From a virus: a stretch of DNA of 64,000 nucleotides. Where the stretch lies: the IMG/VR virus record IMGVR_UViG_3300008267_000003, positions 32,001 through 96,000 of that record, one strand, 5' to 3'. Under the pieces are notes generated by a model, which was not told the origin of the DNA, ran no database searches, and saw only the letters and a list, made by a program, of their open reading frames with translations. This document shows positions 31,010 to 41,588 of the stretch, piece by piece; the stretch's first letter is position 1; the number at the start of each line of letters is the position of its first letter. The position numbers and the translations under genes were made by a program.

Positions 31010-31116
31010 GTGGAATATTCATGGTTCTATTTGTCAGCCCGCAAGCACAGGTACAGGTTCTTACTCTGGGAACATTTTCTGGCGAACCATTATCAGATGT
31101 AGGCTTTGCAGGATAG
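31006..31116 (+). CDS. 36-aa small protein (MSGIFMVLFVSPQAQ...)
   Basis: GGAGG RBS and ATGA overlap with the upstream stop; not in the ORF track. Confidence 0.5.
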   Translation: MSGIFMVLFVSPQAQVQVLTLGTFSGEPLSDVGFAG

Positions 31117-31147
31117 CATCATTACCAATTAACATAAGATCAAAAAA

Positions 31148-31888
31148 ATGGCCACACCTACAACAAGAAGCGAATTTAAAGAATACTGCCTTAGAAAATT
31201 AGGTAAGCCTGTTATTGAGATTAATGTTGATGATGATCAGGTTGAAGACAGAATAGATGAGGCTTTGAGATACTACTGGGATTATCATTTTGATGGATCT
31301 GAGAAGTTGTATTACAAACATCAGGTAACAGCTAATAATGTTGTTGATAAGTATATAACCCTTCCTGAAAATATTATTGGAGCTGTACGTATATTTAATA
31401 TTGGTGATCCTATGGTTACCAATAACCTTTTTGATATAAGATATCAGATTGCTTTGAATGACCTATACACTTTGACATCGGTCTCGATGATTCCTTACTA
31501 TATGGCGTTCCAGCATATTCAACTTCTAGAGCAGCTTTTAGTTGGTCAACAGCCAATTAGATATAACCGACACACAAACAAACTATACGTTGATATGGAT
31601 TGGAATAAAGTAAATGTTGGTAATTTTTTAATTGTTGAAGCGTATGAAACTATTAATCCAAACACTTACACTGATGCGTGGGGTGATAGATGGTTAGCAC
31701 GGTATGCAGCTGCTTTAATTAAGCGTCAGTGGGGATCAAACCTAACTAAATTCTCTGGTATGCAGCTACCCGGCGGTGTTCAGTTTAACGGAGATAAAAT
31801 ATATAATGACGCTGACAACGAAGTTGAAGCACTGGAAAAAGAAATGATTGTTAGCTACTCACTTCCTGTCACAGACATGATAGGATAA
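31148..31888 (+). CDS. gp13: Neck protein
   Basis: 'YCLRKLGKPVIEINV...QWGSNLTKFSGMQLPGG'. Confidence 0.95.
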   Translation: MATPTTRSEFKEYCLRKLGKPVIEINVDDDQVEDRIDEALRYYWDYHFDGSEKLYYKHQVTANNVVDKYITLPENIIGAVRIFNIGDPMVTNNLFDIRYQIALNDLYTLTSVSMIPYYMAFQHIQLLEQLLVGQQPIRYNRHTNKLYVDMDWNKVNVGNFLIVEAYETINPNTYTDAWGDRWLARYAAALIKRQWGSNLTKFSGMQLPGGVQFNGDKIYNDADNEVEALEKEMIVSYSLPVTDMIG

Positions 31889-31889
31889 A

Positions 31890-32612
31890 ATGGCTACTTC
31901 ATTCTTCTTTAATAATTTTGGAGCTAGCCAAGAACAACTTCTTATTGAAAATCTTGTTGTTGAATCCATTAAAATATATGGGCATGATATTTTCTATCTA
32001 CCAAGAACAAGAATAGGGATAGATGATGTGCTTGGTGAAGAGCAAACATCATCATTTGACTCACAATATTATGTTGAAATGTATATTAAGAACGTTGAAG
32101 GTTTTGGTGGGCAGGGTGATTTCCTTTCCAAATTCAATCTAGAAATAAGAGATCAGGTTACTTTCACTATTGCAAGAAGGACATTTAATGAAGAGATTGG
32201 CGCATCCTCTCTTCTCGAAAGACCTAGAGAGGGTGATCTTATTTTCATGCCTCTCAATAATAAGTTATTTGAAATAAGGTTTGTTGAACATGAAGCTATT
32301 TTTTATCAGCTAGGATCCTTGCAGACCTATGATTTGGTTTGTGAGTTGTTTGAATACAACAACGAAAGACTCAACACAGGTATACCTCTTGTTGATGAAC
32401 GTCAGAGAGATATTACCTTCAATATGTCTGACTTTGCATTAATGCTAGAGGATGGTTTATCTCTCACAGACGAAGATGGATTTGATCTAGTTCAAGAAAG
32501 ATTTGATATAGAAGTTCAAGATCCTATATCAAACAATGAAGATTTCCAAACCGAGGCAGATCTAATACTTGATTTTACTGAAATAGACCCATTTAGTGAA
32601 GGAAGGTATTAA
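31890..32612 (+). CDS. gp14: Neck protein
   Basis: 'EQLLIENLVVESIKIYG...RPREGDLI...FYQLG'. Confidence 0.95.
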   Translation: MATSFFFNNFGASQEQLLIENLVVESIKIYGHDIFYLPRTRIGIDDVLGEEQTSSFDSQYYVEMYIKNVEGFGGQGDFLSKFNLEIRDQVTFTIARRTFNEEIGASSLLERPREGDLIFMPLNNKLFEIRFVEHEAIFYQLGSLQTYDLVCELFEYNNERLNTGIPLVDERQRDITFNMSDFALMLEDGLSLTDEDGFDLVQERFDIEVQDPISNNEDFQTEADLILDFTEIDPFSEGRY

Positions 32613-33409
32613 TGTTTAATCAAGTTTTTTATCACGATACTATAAGAAAGTATGTGATTCTTTTTGGTACAATATTCAATGATGTGTACATTAATAAAAA
32701 TAATGGTACGGATCACAGTGAAACAATAAAGATTCCTATCTCCTATGGTCCAAAACAGAAGTTTGTATCTAGGCTTGCTCAAGATCCTAATCTCAACAAG
32801 CCTGTTGCAATTCAGCTACCTAGGATGGGTTTTGAACTTATTGATGTTAATTACGCTCCGGAAAGAAAGCTACCTACCATCAATAAAATAGCTGTTCAAG
32901 ATCCAAACAATAATAATAAAATGCATTATCAGTACATGCCTGTACCCTATGATTTTAATTTTGTATTGTATATTATGGTTAAAAACGCTGATGATGGTAC
33001 TAGAATACTAGAGCAGATATTACCATTCTTTACGCCTGACTGGACACCGACACTCAATCTAGATTCAACCATGCAACATAAGTATGATATCCCCATCATA
33101 CTAAATTCTGTTTCATCGGAAGACACATACGAGGGTGATTTTTTAAATAGAAGAGCGTTGATATGGACACTACAATTTACTCTTAAAGGATATGTGTTTG
33201 GTCCTACTAAATCTATCAAATCTATTAAAACATCAATGATTAATTTCTATGAAGTTGGAACTGCTACCCCATTCTCTGATGCTATAGATTCTAATCAGAA
33301 GATAACTACTGTAACTACGATCCCTGTGGTTGCTGGTAAAACATTGAGTGAAATAGAAGCGGATGATGACTACACCTTCTCCCAGACTATTGAAGATTTC
33401 TATGACTAA
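32612..33409 (+). CDS. gp15: Tail sheath stabilizer and completion protein
   Basis: 'FYHDTIRKYVILFG...LPRMGFE...EQILPFF'. Confidence 0.95.
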   Translation: MFNQVFYHDTIRKYVILFGTIFNDVYINKNNGTDHSETIKIPISYGPKQKFVSRLAQDPNLNKPVAIQLPRMGFELIDVNYAPERKLPTINKIAVQDPNNNNKMHYQYMPVPYDFNFVLYIMVKNADDGTRILEQILPFFTPDWTPTLNLDSTMQHKYDIPIILNSVSSEDTYEGDFLNRRALIWTLQFTLKGYVFGPTKSIKSIKTSMINFYEVGTATPFSDAIDSNQKITTVTTIPVVAGKTLSEIEADDDYTFSQTIEDFYD

Positions 33410-33785
33410 TGATCCAATAAGTGACGCTTTAAACATTACTCCTCTCCAAGAATTGCTACCTGCTGAACCTAAAAAACAGCTACCAGTAACTAATGATTAT
33501 GAATATGCACGGGGTAACATGCTCTCTATTCTAGAGAAGGGACAGGAAGCTTTGGATGGAGTATTAGAAGTAGCTCAACAATCACAACATCCAAGGGCAT
33601 ACGAAGTGGTTGCAGGATTAATAAAAACGCTAGCGGATGCTAATAAAGATCTACTTGAACTTCAAAAAAGACAGAAAGATATAGCTAATCCTGAAGACTC
33701 TAAACCCCAAACAGTAAATAATAATTTATTTGTGGGGTCAACTGCTGAGTTACAGAAGTTAATAAAAGACAATGCAAAAGAATGA
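33402..33785 (+). CDS. gp16: Terminase small subunit
   Basis: 'DYEYAR...HPRAYEV...NNLFVGSTAELQK'; likely start at 33402. Confidence 0.9.
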   Translation: MTNDPISDALNITPLQELLPAEPKKQLPVTNDYEYARGNMLSILEKGQEALDGVLEVAQQSQHPRAYEVVAGLIKTLADANKDLLELQKRQKDIANPEDSKPQTVNNNLFVGSTAELQKLIKDNAKE

Positions 33786-35388
33786 AAATTACCTAGGTAA
33801 TAAGAATCTTAAACGTGCTGATGTAACTATTGAATTTACTAAAGAACAGATTCAAGAGTATGTGAAGTGTGCAAGAGATCCAATTTACTTTATTGAAAAT
33901 TACGTCAAAATTATTAACGTTGATCGTGGTCTTATACAGTTTAAGCCATATGATTATCAAAAGGATATCGTAAAATTATTTGAGCGAGAGCGTTTTGTTA
34001 TATGTAAGATGCCTCGTCAGGTTGGTAAAACCACAATCGTTGTTGGTATTATATTGCACCACGCTCTGTTTAATGAGAATTATAGAATAGCTATTCTTGC
34101 TAACAAAGAAAAACAAGCTCATGAGATTCTTGGTAGAATTCAGTTAGCTTACGAGCATTTACCAAAGTGGCTGCAGCAAGGAATTAAAGAATGGAATAAA
34201 GGTAGCATTGAATTAGAAAACGGTTCTATAATACAGGCTGAAGCTACTGGATCATCTGCAATACGAGGTACTTCTCAGAACCTTGTGTATCTAGATGAGT
34301 TTGCATTTGTTCCAAACAACATCCAGGAAAGCTTTTTCTCTTCAGTTTATCCTACTATCTCTTCAGGATCTACTACAAAAGTATTGATAACATCTACACC
34401 TAACGGTTTGAACTTATTCTACAAGCTGTGGGTTGATAGTGAGAATGATCGTAACTCCTACAAAAGGATTGATGTTCACTGGTCAGATGTTCCAGGTAGA
34501 GATGAAGCGTGGAAAGAAGAAACCATACGTAACACGTCTAAGGAACAGTTTAGGCAAGAGTTTGAATGTGAATTTCTAGGATCATCTAATACGTTAATAT
34601 CACCAGAGGCATTAAGAAGGTTGGTTTTCAACGAACCAATAAAGCAAACAGAACATTTTAAGTTATTTCATGAGCCTAGGCAAACTGGTCTCTACGTAAT
34701 GATGGTTGATGTTTCAAGAGGGTTGGGTGGGGATTACTCTGCATTTATAGTGTGTGATATTTCTGAAGCACCATATAAGGTAGTTGCTACTTATAGAAAC
34801 AACAACATATCACCACTACTGTTCCCGGAAGTAATATACAATACAGCAAGAAACTTCTTCAATGCTCACGTACTTGTTGAAATAAATGATATTGGTCAGC
34901 AGGTTGTAGATATCCTCCATGAGGATCTAGAATATGAGAATATTGTATATACTGCTAAGAATCCAAAAGGGTCTGTAGAAGTCTCTCAGGGTTTTGGTGG
35001 AACATCGTACAAAGGTATAAGAACAACAAAATCCACAAAGAAGATTGGATGTAATAATTTTAAAGCATTGGTTGAAAATGATAAGGTTGAGTTAAATGAT
35101 ATCGATCTTATTGGTGAGTTGTATAGGTTTGTAAGCAATGGTCAAACGTATGAAGCAGAAGATGGTAATGATGACTTAGCTATGTGTGGTGTGCATTTTG
35201 GTTGGATAATGACACAAACGTTTATTAGGGAATTGAGTAACTTAGATATTAGAAGAAGGCTCGTGGATGAGCATAAAAGATATTTAGAAGATGATGTAAC
35301 ACCGTTTGGAATAATTTATGATGGCCAGCCTGAAGAGGAGCAGCCTGTTGTCAACACTGACTCCTTCACAAAATTCATGCTATCTTAG
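33772..35388 (+). CDS. gp17: Terminase large subunit
   Basis: 'PRQVGKT' Walker A, 'YLDEFAF' Walker B, RNase H-like C-terminus. Confidence 0.97.
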   Translation: MQKNENYLGNKNLKRADVTIEFTKEQIQEYVKCARDPIYFIENYVKIINVDRGLIQFKPYDYQKDIVKLFERERFVICKMPRQVGKTTIVVGIILHHALFNENYRIAILANKEKQAHEILGRIQLAYEHLPKWLQQGIKEWNKGSIELENGSIIQAEATGSSAIRGTSQNLVYLDEFAFVPNNIQESFFSSVYPTISSGSTTKVLITSTPNGLNLFYKLWVDSENDRNSYKRIDVHWSDVPGRDEAWKEETIRNTSKEQFRQEFECEFLGSSNTLISPEALRRLVFNEPIKQTEHFKLFHEPRQTGLYVMMVDVSRGLGGDYSAFIVCDISEAPYKVVATYRNNNISPLLFPEVIYNTARNFFNAHVLVEINDIGQQVVDILHEDLEYENIVYTAKNPKGSVEVSQGFGGTSYKGIRTTKSTKKIGCNNFKALVENDKVELNDIDLIGELYRFVSNGQTYEAEDGNDDLAMCGVHFGWIMTQTFIRELSNLDIRRRLVDEHKRYLEDDVTPFGIIYDGQPEEEQPVVNTDSFTKFMLS

Positions 35389-35404
35389 TGGAGAATAATA
35401 ATAT

Positions 35405-35412
35405 TATAAATA
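35405..35412 (+). promoter_or_regulatory. T4 late promoter TATAAATA
   Basis: Exact consensus upstream of gp18. Confidence 0.8.
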
Positions 35413-35442
35413 TAAAGAAACTCTCGTCTTTAGGAGAATAAA

Positions 35443-37734
35443 ATGGCATTTCAAGTTAGTCCTGGTGTAAACGTATCTGAAATTGACTTAACGACAGTCG
35501 TTCCAGCCGTATCCTCTTCAGTGGGTGCTGTGGCTGGTGTTTTTAAGTGGGGTCCTATTGAAACAAGGACTTTGGTCAGTTCAGAAATCGATCTCGTCTC
35601 AAGATTTGGTAAACCAACCAACCATAATCCCGAAACATTCTTTACTGGAGCTAGTTTTTTAGCTTACGGTAATGCTCTTTACGTTGTTAGAGCTGGTAAT
35701 ACAACTCCAGCCACAGCTTACGTAGATTGTACAACAACAAGCTCTTCCCCAAATATCACAACTACAAGTACTACTAGCCTAGCTACTGGTATGAGAGTTG
35801 CTGGAATGACTACTGTTCCAGATGGAGCATTAATTCAGTCGATTACTAATTCTACTTCATTTGTTATTTCAGTATCGGCTAATGGTGTTGAAACAAGTAC
35901 AAATGCGTACTGGTATAGCTCTAATTCTGTATTGAGTGCTATTGCAACATCTAACAGTTCTAACACTATCGCTGTTAACAACTTTGCAGGGACATCGACA
36001 GTTAAGAATGATGAACATTATCAAACATTATCTTTTTCCGATACAGATCTTCTATACATTGCAAAGTATCCTGGCGATCTAGGCAACTCTCTCAAAGTTT
36101 CAGTTTGTGATAGTGTCAATGCTTATTCAAGATCAATTAATATTCAAGGCGGCGATGCCAACTTAGCATCGGGTACAGTCTCGGTTACAGTTGGTTCTAA
36201 TACACTTACAATTGCTCTAGCAAATAGTGCATCTGGTGCTTTGACTGAAGCTAACACCCAATTAGGTACAGTTTTATCTAGATTGAAGCTAAATGATATT
36301 GTTGAAGTTGGTAACAGCTCAATTGGTAAACAGTATCTGAAAATCACTTCTATACCAAGTGTTATGGGTACTAACTCAATGTTTGCAAATTCAACGCATA
36401 GATACTTTACTGTAAGTGTTGACAACTCATATCAGCTTTCTACTAACTACTCTAGCAATACTGTTTCTGCATACTGGGAGTATTTCAATGTAGTTGACAC
36501 AGCTCCAGGTACTTCAGACTACCAAGCAAACTTTGGTAATTCATCTGCTGTTGATGAATTGCACATTGTAGTATCTGATGAGGATGGTAAGTTTACAGGT
36601 GTTCCAGGAACAGTTCTAGAAGTATTCGCAGGTCTATCAAGAGCAACAGATGCAAAAACAAATGACGGTGCAACAAACTACTATAAGACAGTCATTAATG
36701 ACACTAGCACTTATATTAGATGGGCTAATGATAGAAGCGGTGTGAGCTCTGGTCTTGCATCAACCTTATCTAGTGCTAACACTCTTCCACTATATGCATC
36801 GTTCCACAATGGTCAAGATGGAGATGATGAGTCTGTAATTCCAATGGGTAGATTGTTATCTGCTTACGATATGTTTGTATCAGAAGAAGTGGATGTATCT
36901 CTACTGATGACAGGTAAATCAAGAGGCGGTACTAATGGTGAGCAAATAGCTAATTACCTTGTAGATAACATTGCTGAGGTCAGAAAAGACTGCATCGTTC
37001 TTGCTTCTCCAGAAAAGGACGATGTTGTTAATAACGCTAGCAGAGATGAATCAAATGATGTTGTAACATTCAGAAATTCATGTCGTTCTTCTTCTTACTT
37101 GGTCATTGACTCAGGTTACAAGTATATGTACGACAAGTACAGCGATACATTCCGTTATATTCCTCTGAACGGTGATATAGCTGGTCTATGCGTTAGAACA
37201 GATTCTACTAGGGATCCATGGTTCTCACCAGCTGGTTTCAATCGTGGCCAGATCAAGAACATTATTAAACTGGCCTATAATCCAGACAAAGCTAACAGAG
37301 ATGTTCTTTACAAGAATGGTGTTAATCCTGTAGTTTCGTTCCCAGGACAGGGTACAGTTCTATTTGGAGATAAAACAGCGTTGGCTAAGCCAAGCGCTTT
37401 TGATAGAATTAACGTACGTAGATTGTTCATTACTTTGGAAAAAGCTATTTCTACTGCTGCTAAATTCTCACTATTTGAGTTTAACGATGAGTTCACTAGA
37501 GCACAGTTTGTTTCCTTAGTTGAGCCATTCTTGAGAGATGTACAAGGTAGAAGAGGTATTTACGACTTCAGAGTCGTTTGTGATTCCACCAACAACACAG
37601 GTGAAGTGATTGATAGAAATGAATTTGTGGGAGATATATACATTAAGCCTGCTAAATCAATTAACTTTATCCAACTCAACTTTGTTGCTGTAAGAACAGG
37701 TGTTGCGTTTGACGAAGTTGTTGGTAAGTTTTAA
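35443..37734 (+). CDS. gp18: Tail sheath protein
   Basis: 'SPGVNVSEIDLT', 'PWFSPAGFNRG', 'FDRINVRRLF'. Confidence 0.97.
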   Translation: MAFQVSPGVNVSEIDLTTVVPAVSSSVGAVAGVFKWGPIETRTLVSSEIDLVSRFGKPTNHNPETFFTGASFLAYGNALYVVRAGNTTPATAYVDCTTTSSSPNITTTSTTSLATGMRVAGMTTVPDGALIQSITNSTSFVISVSANGVETSTNAYWYSSNSVLSAIATSNSSNTIAVNNFAGTSTVKNDEHYQTLSFSDTDLLYIAKYPGDLGNSLKVSVCDSVNAYSRSINIQGGDANLASGTVSVTVGSNTLTIALANSASGALTEANTQLGTVLSRLKLNDIVEVGNSSIGKQYLKITSIPSVMGTNSMFANSTHRYFTVSVDNSYQLSTNYSSNTVSAYWEYFNVVDTAPGTSDYQANFGNSSAVDELHIVVSDEDGKFTGVPGTVLEVFAGLSRATDAKTNDGATNYYKTVINDTSTYIRWANDRSGVSSGLASTLSSANTLPLYASFHNGQDGDDESVIPMGRLLSAYDMFVSEEVDVSLLMTGKSRGGTNGEQIANYLVDNIAEVRKDCIVLASPEKDDVVNNASRDESNDVVTFRNSCRSSSYLVIDSGYKYMYDKYSDTFRYIPLNGDIAGLCVRTDSTRDPWFSPAGFNRGQIKNIIKLAYNPDKANRDVLYKNGVNPVVSFPGQGTVLFGDKTALAKPSAFDRINVRRLFITLEKAISTAAKFSLFEFNDEFTRAQFVSLVEPFLRDVQGRRGIYDFRVVCDSTNNTGEVIDRNEFVGDIYIKPAKSINFIQLNFVAVRTGVAFDEVVGKF

Positions 37735-37750
37735 TCAAGGAGAATCATAA

Positions 37751-38296
37751 ATGGCTTTCAATATTAATACTTTCAAATCGCTAGTAAGTACTACCGATTT
37801 TGCAAGACCGTCGTTATTCACAGTTAGTATTGCAACACCCGCGGGTGTTGCACCCCTGATTCCTTTTAGTCCTTTTCTTGTTAGATCAGCAAGTTTACCG
37901 GCCTCTTCTATTGGTCAGATCCAAGTTCCTTATGGTGGTAGAACAATTAAAATTGCTGGTGAAAGAACATACGGTGACTGGACAACAACAATAATGAACG
38001 ATGAAGGATTCATTATTAGAAATGCCGTAGAAAATTGGATTGAAATTATGAATAACAAGACAACCAATTTCAGAGCATATCCTAACGAGTATAAAAAAGA
38101 TCTACGTGTAACTCAATACTCTAAGAAGGGTGCTGGAATTGGTATTCCTCTTAAGTCTATTAGTTTAATAGGCTGCTTCCCAACTGCTGTTAGTGAAATA
38201 GCTCTTGATTGGGGTGCAGCAGACCAGATTGAAGAATACTCAATCACTTGGTCTTATGATTATTGGGATGCTAATCCTTTAGCTGGTATAGTTTAA
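37751..38296 (+). CDS. gp19: Tail tube protein
   Basis: 'ARPSLF...GRTIKIAGERTYGDWTTT...YDYW'. Confidence 0.95.
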   Translation: MAFNINTFKSLVSTTDFARPSLFTVSIATPAGVAPLIPFSPFLVRSASLPASSIGQIQVPYGGRTIKIAGERTYGDWTTTIMNDEGFIIRNAVENWIEIMNNKTTNFRAYPNEYKKDLRVTQYSKKGAGIGIPLKSISLIGCFPTAVSEIALDWGAADQIEEYSITWSYDYWDANPLAGIV

Positions 38297-38310
38297 AATG
38301 GTGAATAAAG

Positions 38311-38332
38311 AAGGGGGCAGTGCCCCCTTTCT
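38311..38332 (+). terminator. Hairpin / probable terminator after gp19
   Basis: AAGGGGGC-AGT-GCCCCCTT followed by TCT. Confidence 0.55.
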
Positions 38333-38346
38333 AACAAGAGGATAAT

Positions 38347-39870
38347 ATGGCAAGTTTGTTTGGCTTTGAGTTTAGAAAACGTATACCAGAGGAACCTCTA
38401 GAGTCGTTTGTACCTCCAACAAATGATGATGGAGCAGCTATTGTAGCTGCTGGTGGCTCTTATGGTACATATGTAGATTTAGAAGGCACTGCTAGAACTG
38501 AAGCAGAGCTTGTAACCCGTTACAGGGATATGTCAATCACAGCAGATATTGATAGAGCTGTGGATGAAATAGTAAACGAGGCAATCGTTCTAGAGTATGA
38601 TGAGAAAGTAGTTGAACTCAATTTAGATAGACTACCTTATCCAGATGCTGTCAAACAAGCGATTCTCCAAGAATTTGAAGGCATTAAGAGTTTACTAAAC
38701 TTCGAAAACTCTGCTTATGACTTGTTTCGTAAATGGTATATTGATGGTAGATTGTACTATCACGTCATCATAGACGATAAGAACCCAAGACAAGGTATTA
38801 AAGAACTCCGTAATATAGATCCTAGAAAGATCAGAAAAATACGTGAGCAAAAGAAAAAGAAAGATCTAAAAACTGATACAGTTATAACCACTACTGCAAG
38901 AGAGTATTATATCTACAACGAAAAGGGATATAATGCTCAAGGTATTGGGAGCGGATCAGCAGCTGCTTCGCCAGCTACAGGTTTAAAGATTGCTAAAGAT
39001 TCAATTGTACACTGTACTTCAGGACTTATGGATACCAACGGTACCATGGTCATTTCCTATTTGCACAAAGCAATCAAACCACTCAATCAGTTGAGAGTTC
39101 TTGAAGATGCTACTGTTATCTACAGATTATCAAGAGCTCCTGAAAGAAGAATATTTTATATTGACGTTGGAAATCTACCGAAGATGAAAGCCGAGCAGTA
39201 TCTTCGAGATATGATGGTTCGTCATAAGAATCGGCTTGTGTATGACGCATCCACTGGTGAAGTGAGAGATGATAGAAAGTTCATGACAATGCTTGAAGAT
39301 TACTGGCTTCCAAGAAGAGAAGGTAATCGTGGAACTGAAATTACTACTTTGCCTGGTGGAGAGAATCTAGGTAAGATAGAAGATGTTGAATATTTTCAGA
39401 AGAAGCTATATCAGTCATTGAACGTACCTGTTACTAGACTACAATCAGAACAAGTTTATTCGATTGGTCGTGCAACAGAGATAACTAGAGATGAAGTAAA
39501 GTTCTCTAAGTTTATCAATCGTATGAGAAATAAGTTTTCAAGTCTTTTCTTAAAGTGTTTGGAAAAGCAACTTGTGCTTAAGGGTATTGTAACAGTGGAT
39601 GACTGGAAAGTAATGTCACAGTACGTTGCTTTTGATTACTCTAAAGATAACTACTACGAAGAGTTAAAAGAAACTGAGGTAATGACTACAAGAACTAATA
39701 CTGCATCTTTAATGGTTCCATACATAGGCAAGTATTATTCTCACGATTGGGTAAGAACCAATATATTTAAAATGAGTGATGAGGACAAGCAATCTCAAGA
39801 TGCTCAGATAATTGATGAGCTTAAGAACCAGATTTTGTATCCTCCTCCACCACCTGAACCTCAACAATAA
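38347..39870 (+). CDS. gp20: Portal vertex protein
   Basis: 'RAPERRIFYIDVGNLPK', 'EDYWLPRREG'. Confidence 0.97.
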   Translation: MASLFGFEFRKRIPEEPLESFVPPTNDDGAAIVAAGGSYGTYVDLEGTARTEAELVTRYRDMSITADIDRAVDEIVNEAIVLEYDEKVVELNLDRLPYPDAVKQAILQEFEGIKSLLNFENSAYDLFRKWYIDGRLYYHVIIDDKNPRQGIKELRNIDPRKIRKIREQKKKKDLKTDTVITTTAREYYIYNEKGYNAQGIGSGSAAASPATGLKIAKDSIVHCTSGLMDTNGTMVISYLHKAIKPLNQLRVLEDATVIYRLSRAPERRIFYIDVGNLPKMKAEQYLRDMMVRHKNRLVYDASTGEVRDDRKFMTMLEDYWLPRREGNRGTEITTLPGGENLGKIEDVEYFQKKLYQSLNVPVTRLQSEQVYSIGRATEITRDEVKFSKFINRMRNKFSSLFLKCLEKQLVLKGIVTVDDWKVMSQYVAFDYSKDNYYEELKETEVMTTRTNTASLMVPYIGKYYSHDWVRTNIFKMSDEDKQSQDAQIIDELKNQILYPPPPPEPQQ

Positions 39871-39882
39871 ATAGGAGTATCA

Positions 39883-40128
39883 ATGGAAGTCGAACCAACA
39901 CAATATGAAGTGAGTGACCTTGTTAAATACGCTTATGAAGGTCAGCCTGCTAAGATGCAGGATGTTTTTAATGAATTAATGATGGGTAGATTGTACGATT
40001 CTATTCAGCAGAAAAAAGTAGAGGTAGCTCAAAGGTTCTTTGGCACCAAGGATGAACTTGATCAAGATGCTGATCAAGATAATAACATCGAAGACATAGA
40101 GGATACACAAGATGGCCAAGTCGCTTAA
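39883..40128 (+). CDS. Prohead core protein (gp67-like)
   Basis: Small acidic protein immediately after the portal gene. Confidence 0.55.
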   Translation: MEVEPTQYEVSDLVKYAYEGQPAKMQDVFNELMMGRLYDSIQQKKVEVAQRFFGTKDELDQDADQDNNIEDIEDTQDGQVA

Positions 40129-41245
40129 AAATATTTTGGAAGTTTATGCTCCAAAATCAAAAGATGAAAAAAGGTTTAAAGACAAGCATATTGTCGTTAA
40201 ATCTAAACTTGATGATAAAGGTACTCAGGATGATAACCTATTCAACGCTTCCAATATTAAACCAGTAGATCGTGAGACAGAGCACGGATATAACCCTGGT
40301 AATGACGAGAAGGTATATGAGGCTGTTCATCCAATGGCACTTCATGTAAAACCTGTTAGCGTCAACGGAAAAACGAAATACAAAGTTCATGCTGTCGGTA
40401 AAGAGCTAGCTGATGGGATTAAAGTTGGAGAGCATCTATCTGATACAGAGTTAGATGATGCTACAGATATGGGTGCTAAAATCAAGCACCTCAAAGAAGA
40501 TAATCTTAATGAAAAGAAGCTTACTCCAGCTGAAATGAAAAAGCGTGAAGATGTTGCAAAGGCTATCAAACGTGAGAATCCAAATATGCCGATGGCTAAG
40601 AAGATGGCTATTGCTACTGCCACAGCTAAGAAGGTTGCAGAAGATGTGGAGGAGTTGGATGAGTTGAGCCACGGAACTTTACGCAGCTATGTAGACAAAG
40701 CTAAAAAAGAAAACCTCCCGGGAAAAGGTGGTAATAGAGGTGTAGCATTATTGACTCCTGGTACCAGAGATAAGGGTGTTCACAGAGCAGTTGACAGAAT
40801 GAAGAAGATGAAAGCCAATGAGGAAGCAGAATATATTAACGAAAGCGAAGACTCACACAAGGCTTTCCAAGATCATCATAACATAGCTGCTAAGCACATC
40901 AAGGGTATTACCAAAGCACTTTCCAGCCACTATGATAACGTGACAAATAATAAAAACTATAATAAAGGTGAGGCACAGTGGCATCATGTTAGCGCTATTA
41001 AAAACATTAATAGAGCTCTAGAAGATCTTCATCAGAATATTGCTCAAGAGGTTGATTATAGCAGACCTCCTAAACCTCTCAAAGAAGAGGCTGACTATTT
41101 CGAAGATGATTTGACCGATCTATTGAACACAATTTACGAACACCTCTCCGATGAAAACAAACAAATTTTTGATGAGATAATCGATCATGATCCCAACCAA
41201 CTAGTTGATTTTTTAGAAGCATTGGAGATTGAATATGGCCAGTAG
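40112..41245 (+). CDS. Prohead core / internal head protein
   Basis: Located between portal and gp21; charged, with repeated xxE motifs ('EELDELS'). Confidence 0.55.
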   Translation: MAKSLKNILEVYAPKSKDEKRFKDKHIVVKSKLDDKGTQDDNLFNASNIKPVDRETEHGYNPGNDEKVYEAVHPMALHVKPVSVNGKTKYKVHAVGKELADGIKVGEHLSDTELDDATDMGAKIKHLKEDNLNEKKLTPAEMKKREDVAKAIKRENPNMPMAKKMAIATATAKKVAEDVEELDELSHGTLRSYVDKAKKENLPGKGGNRGVALLTPGTRDKGVHRAVDRMKKMKANEEAEYINESEDSHKAFQDHHNIAAKHIKGITKALSSHYDNVTNNKNYNKGEAQWHHVSAIKNINRALEDLHQNIAQEVDYSRPPKPLKEEADYFEDDLTDLLNTIYEHLSDENKQIFDEIIDHDPNQLVDFLEALEIEYGQ

Positions 41246-41579
41246 AATTCTATCAAATCAAAAAGGTGGTAAGCTAGTTGTACTTTTTACATCTAACACA
41301 GAAATGACAGTTGCTTCAGCAAATGTTGATGCCACAGAAACTGTAACAGGACTTCATATCAATCAAGTATGGTATGGTTTGGATGGTGGCTATTGGAAGA
41401 TTAGTCGTGGTGCTAACACAATTCAAATTGCAGAAACTTCTTTATATAATGACTTTGCTGGCTGCGGTGCTGCCATACAGCTTGATCAATCAGCTAATGT
41501 TGTTGTTAACTGTACTTCTGCTAATTGCACACTCATAGTTGACTTCCAAAAAGTATCAACATACACAAGCCAGTACTAA
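41235..41579 (+). CDS. Small virion protein
   Basis: GGAG RBS, ATG at 41235; position within the head gene block. Confidence 0.6.
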   Translation: MASRILSNQKGGKLVVLFTSNTEMTVASANVDATETVTGLHINQVWYGLDGGYWKISRGANTIQIAETSLYNDFAGCGAAIQLDQSANVVVNCTSANCTLIVDFQKVSTYTSQY

Positions 41580-41588
41580 GGATACCAG

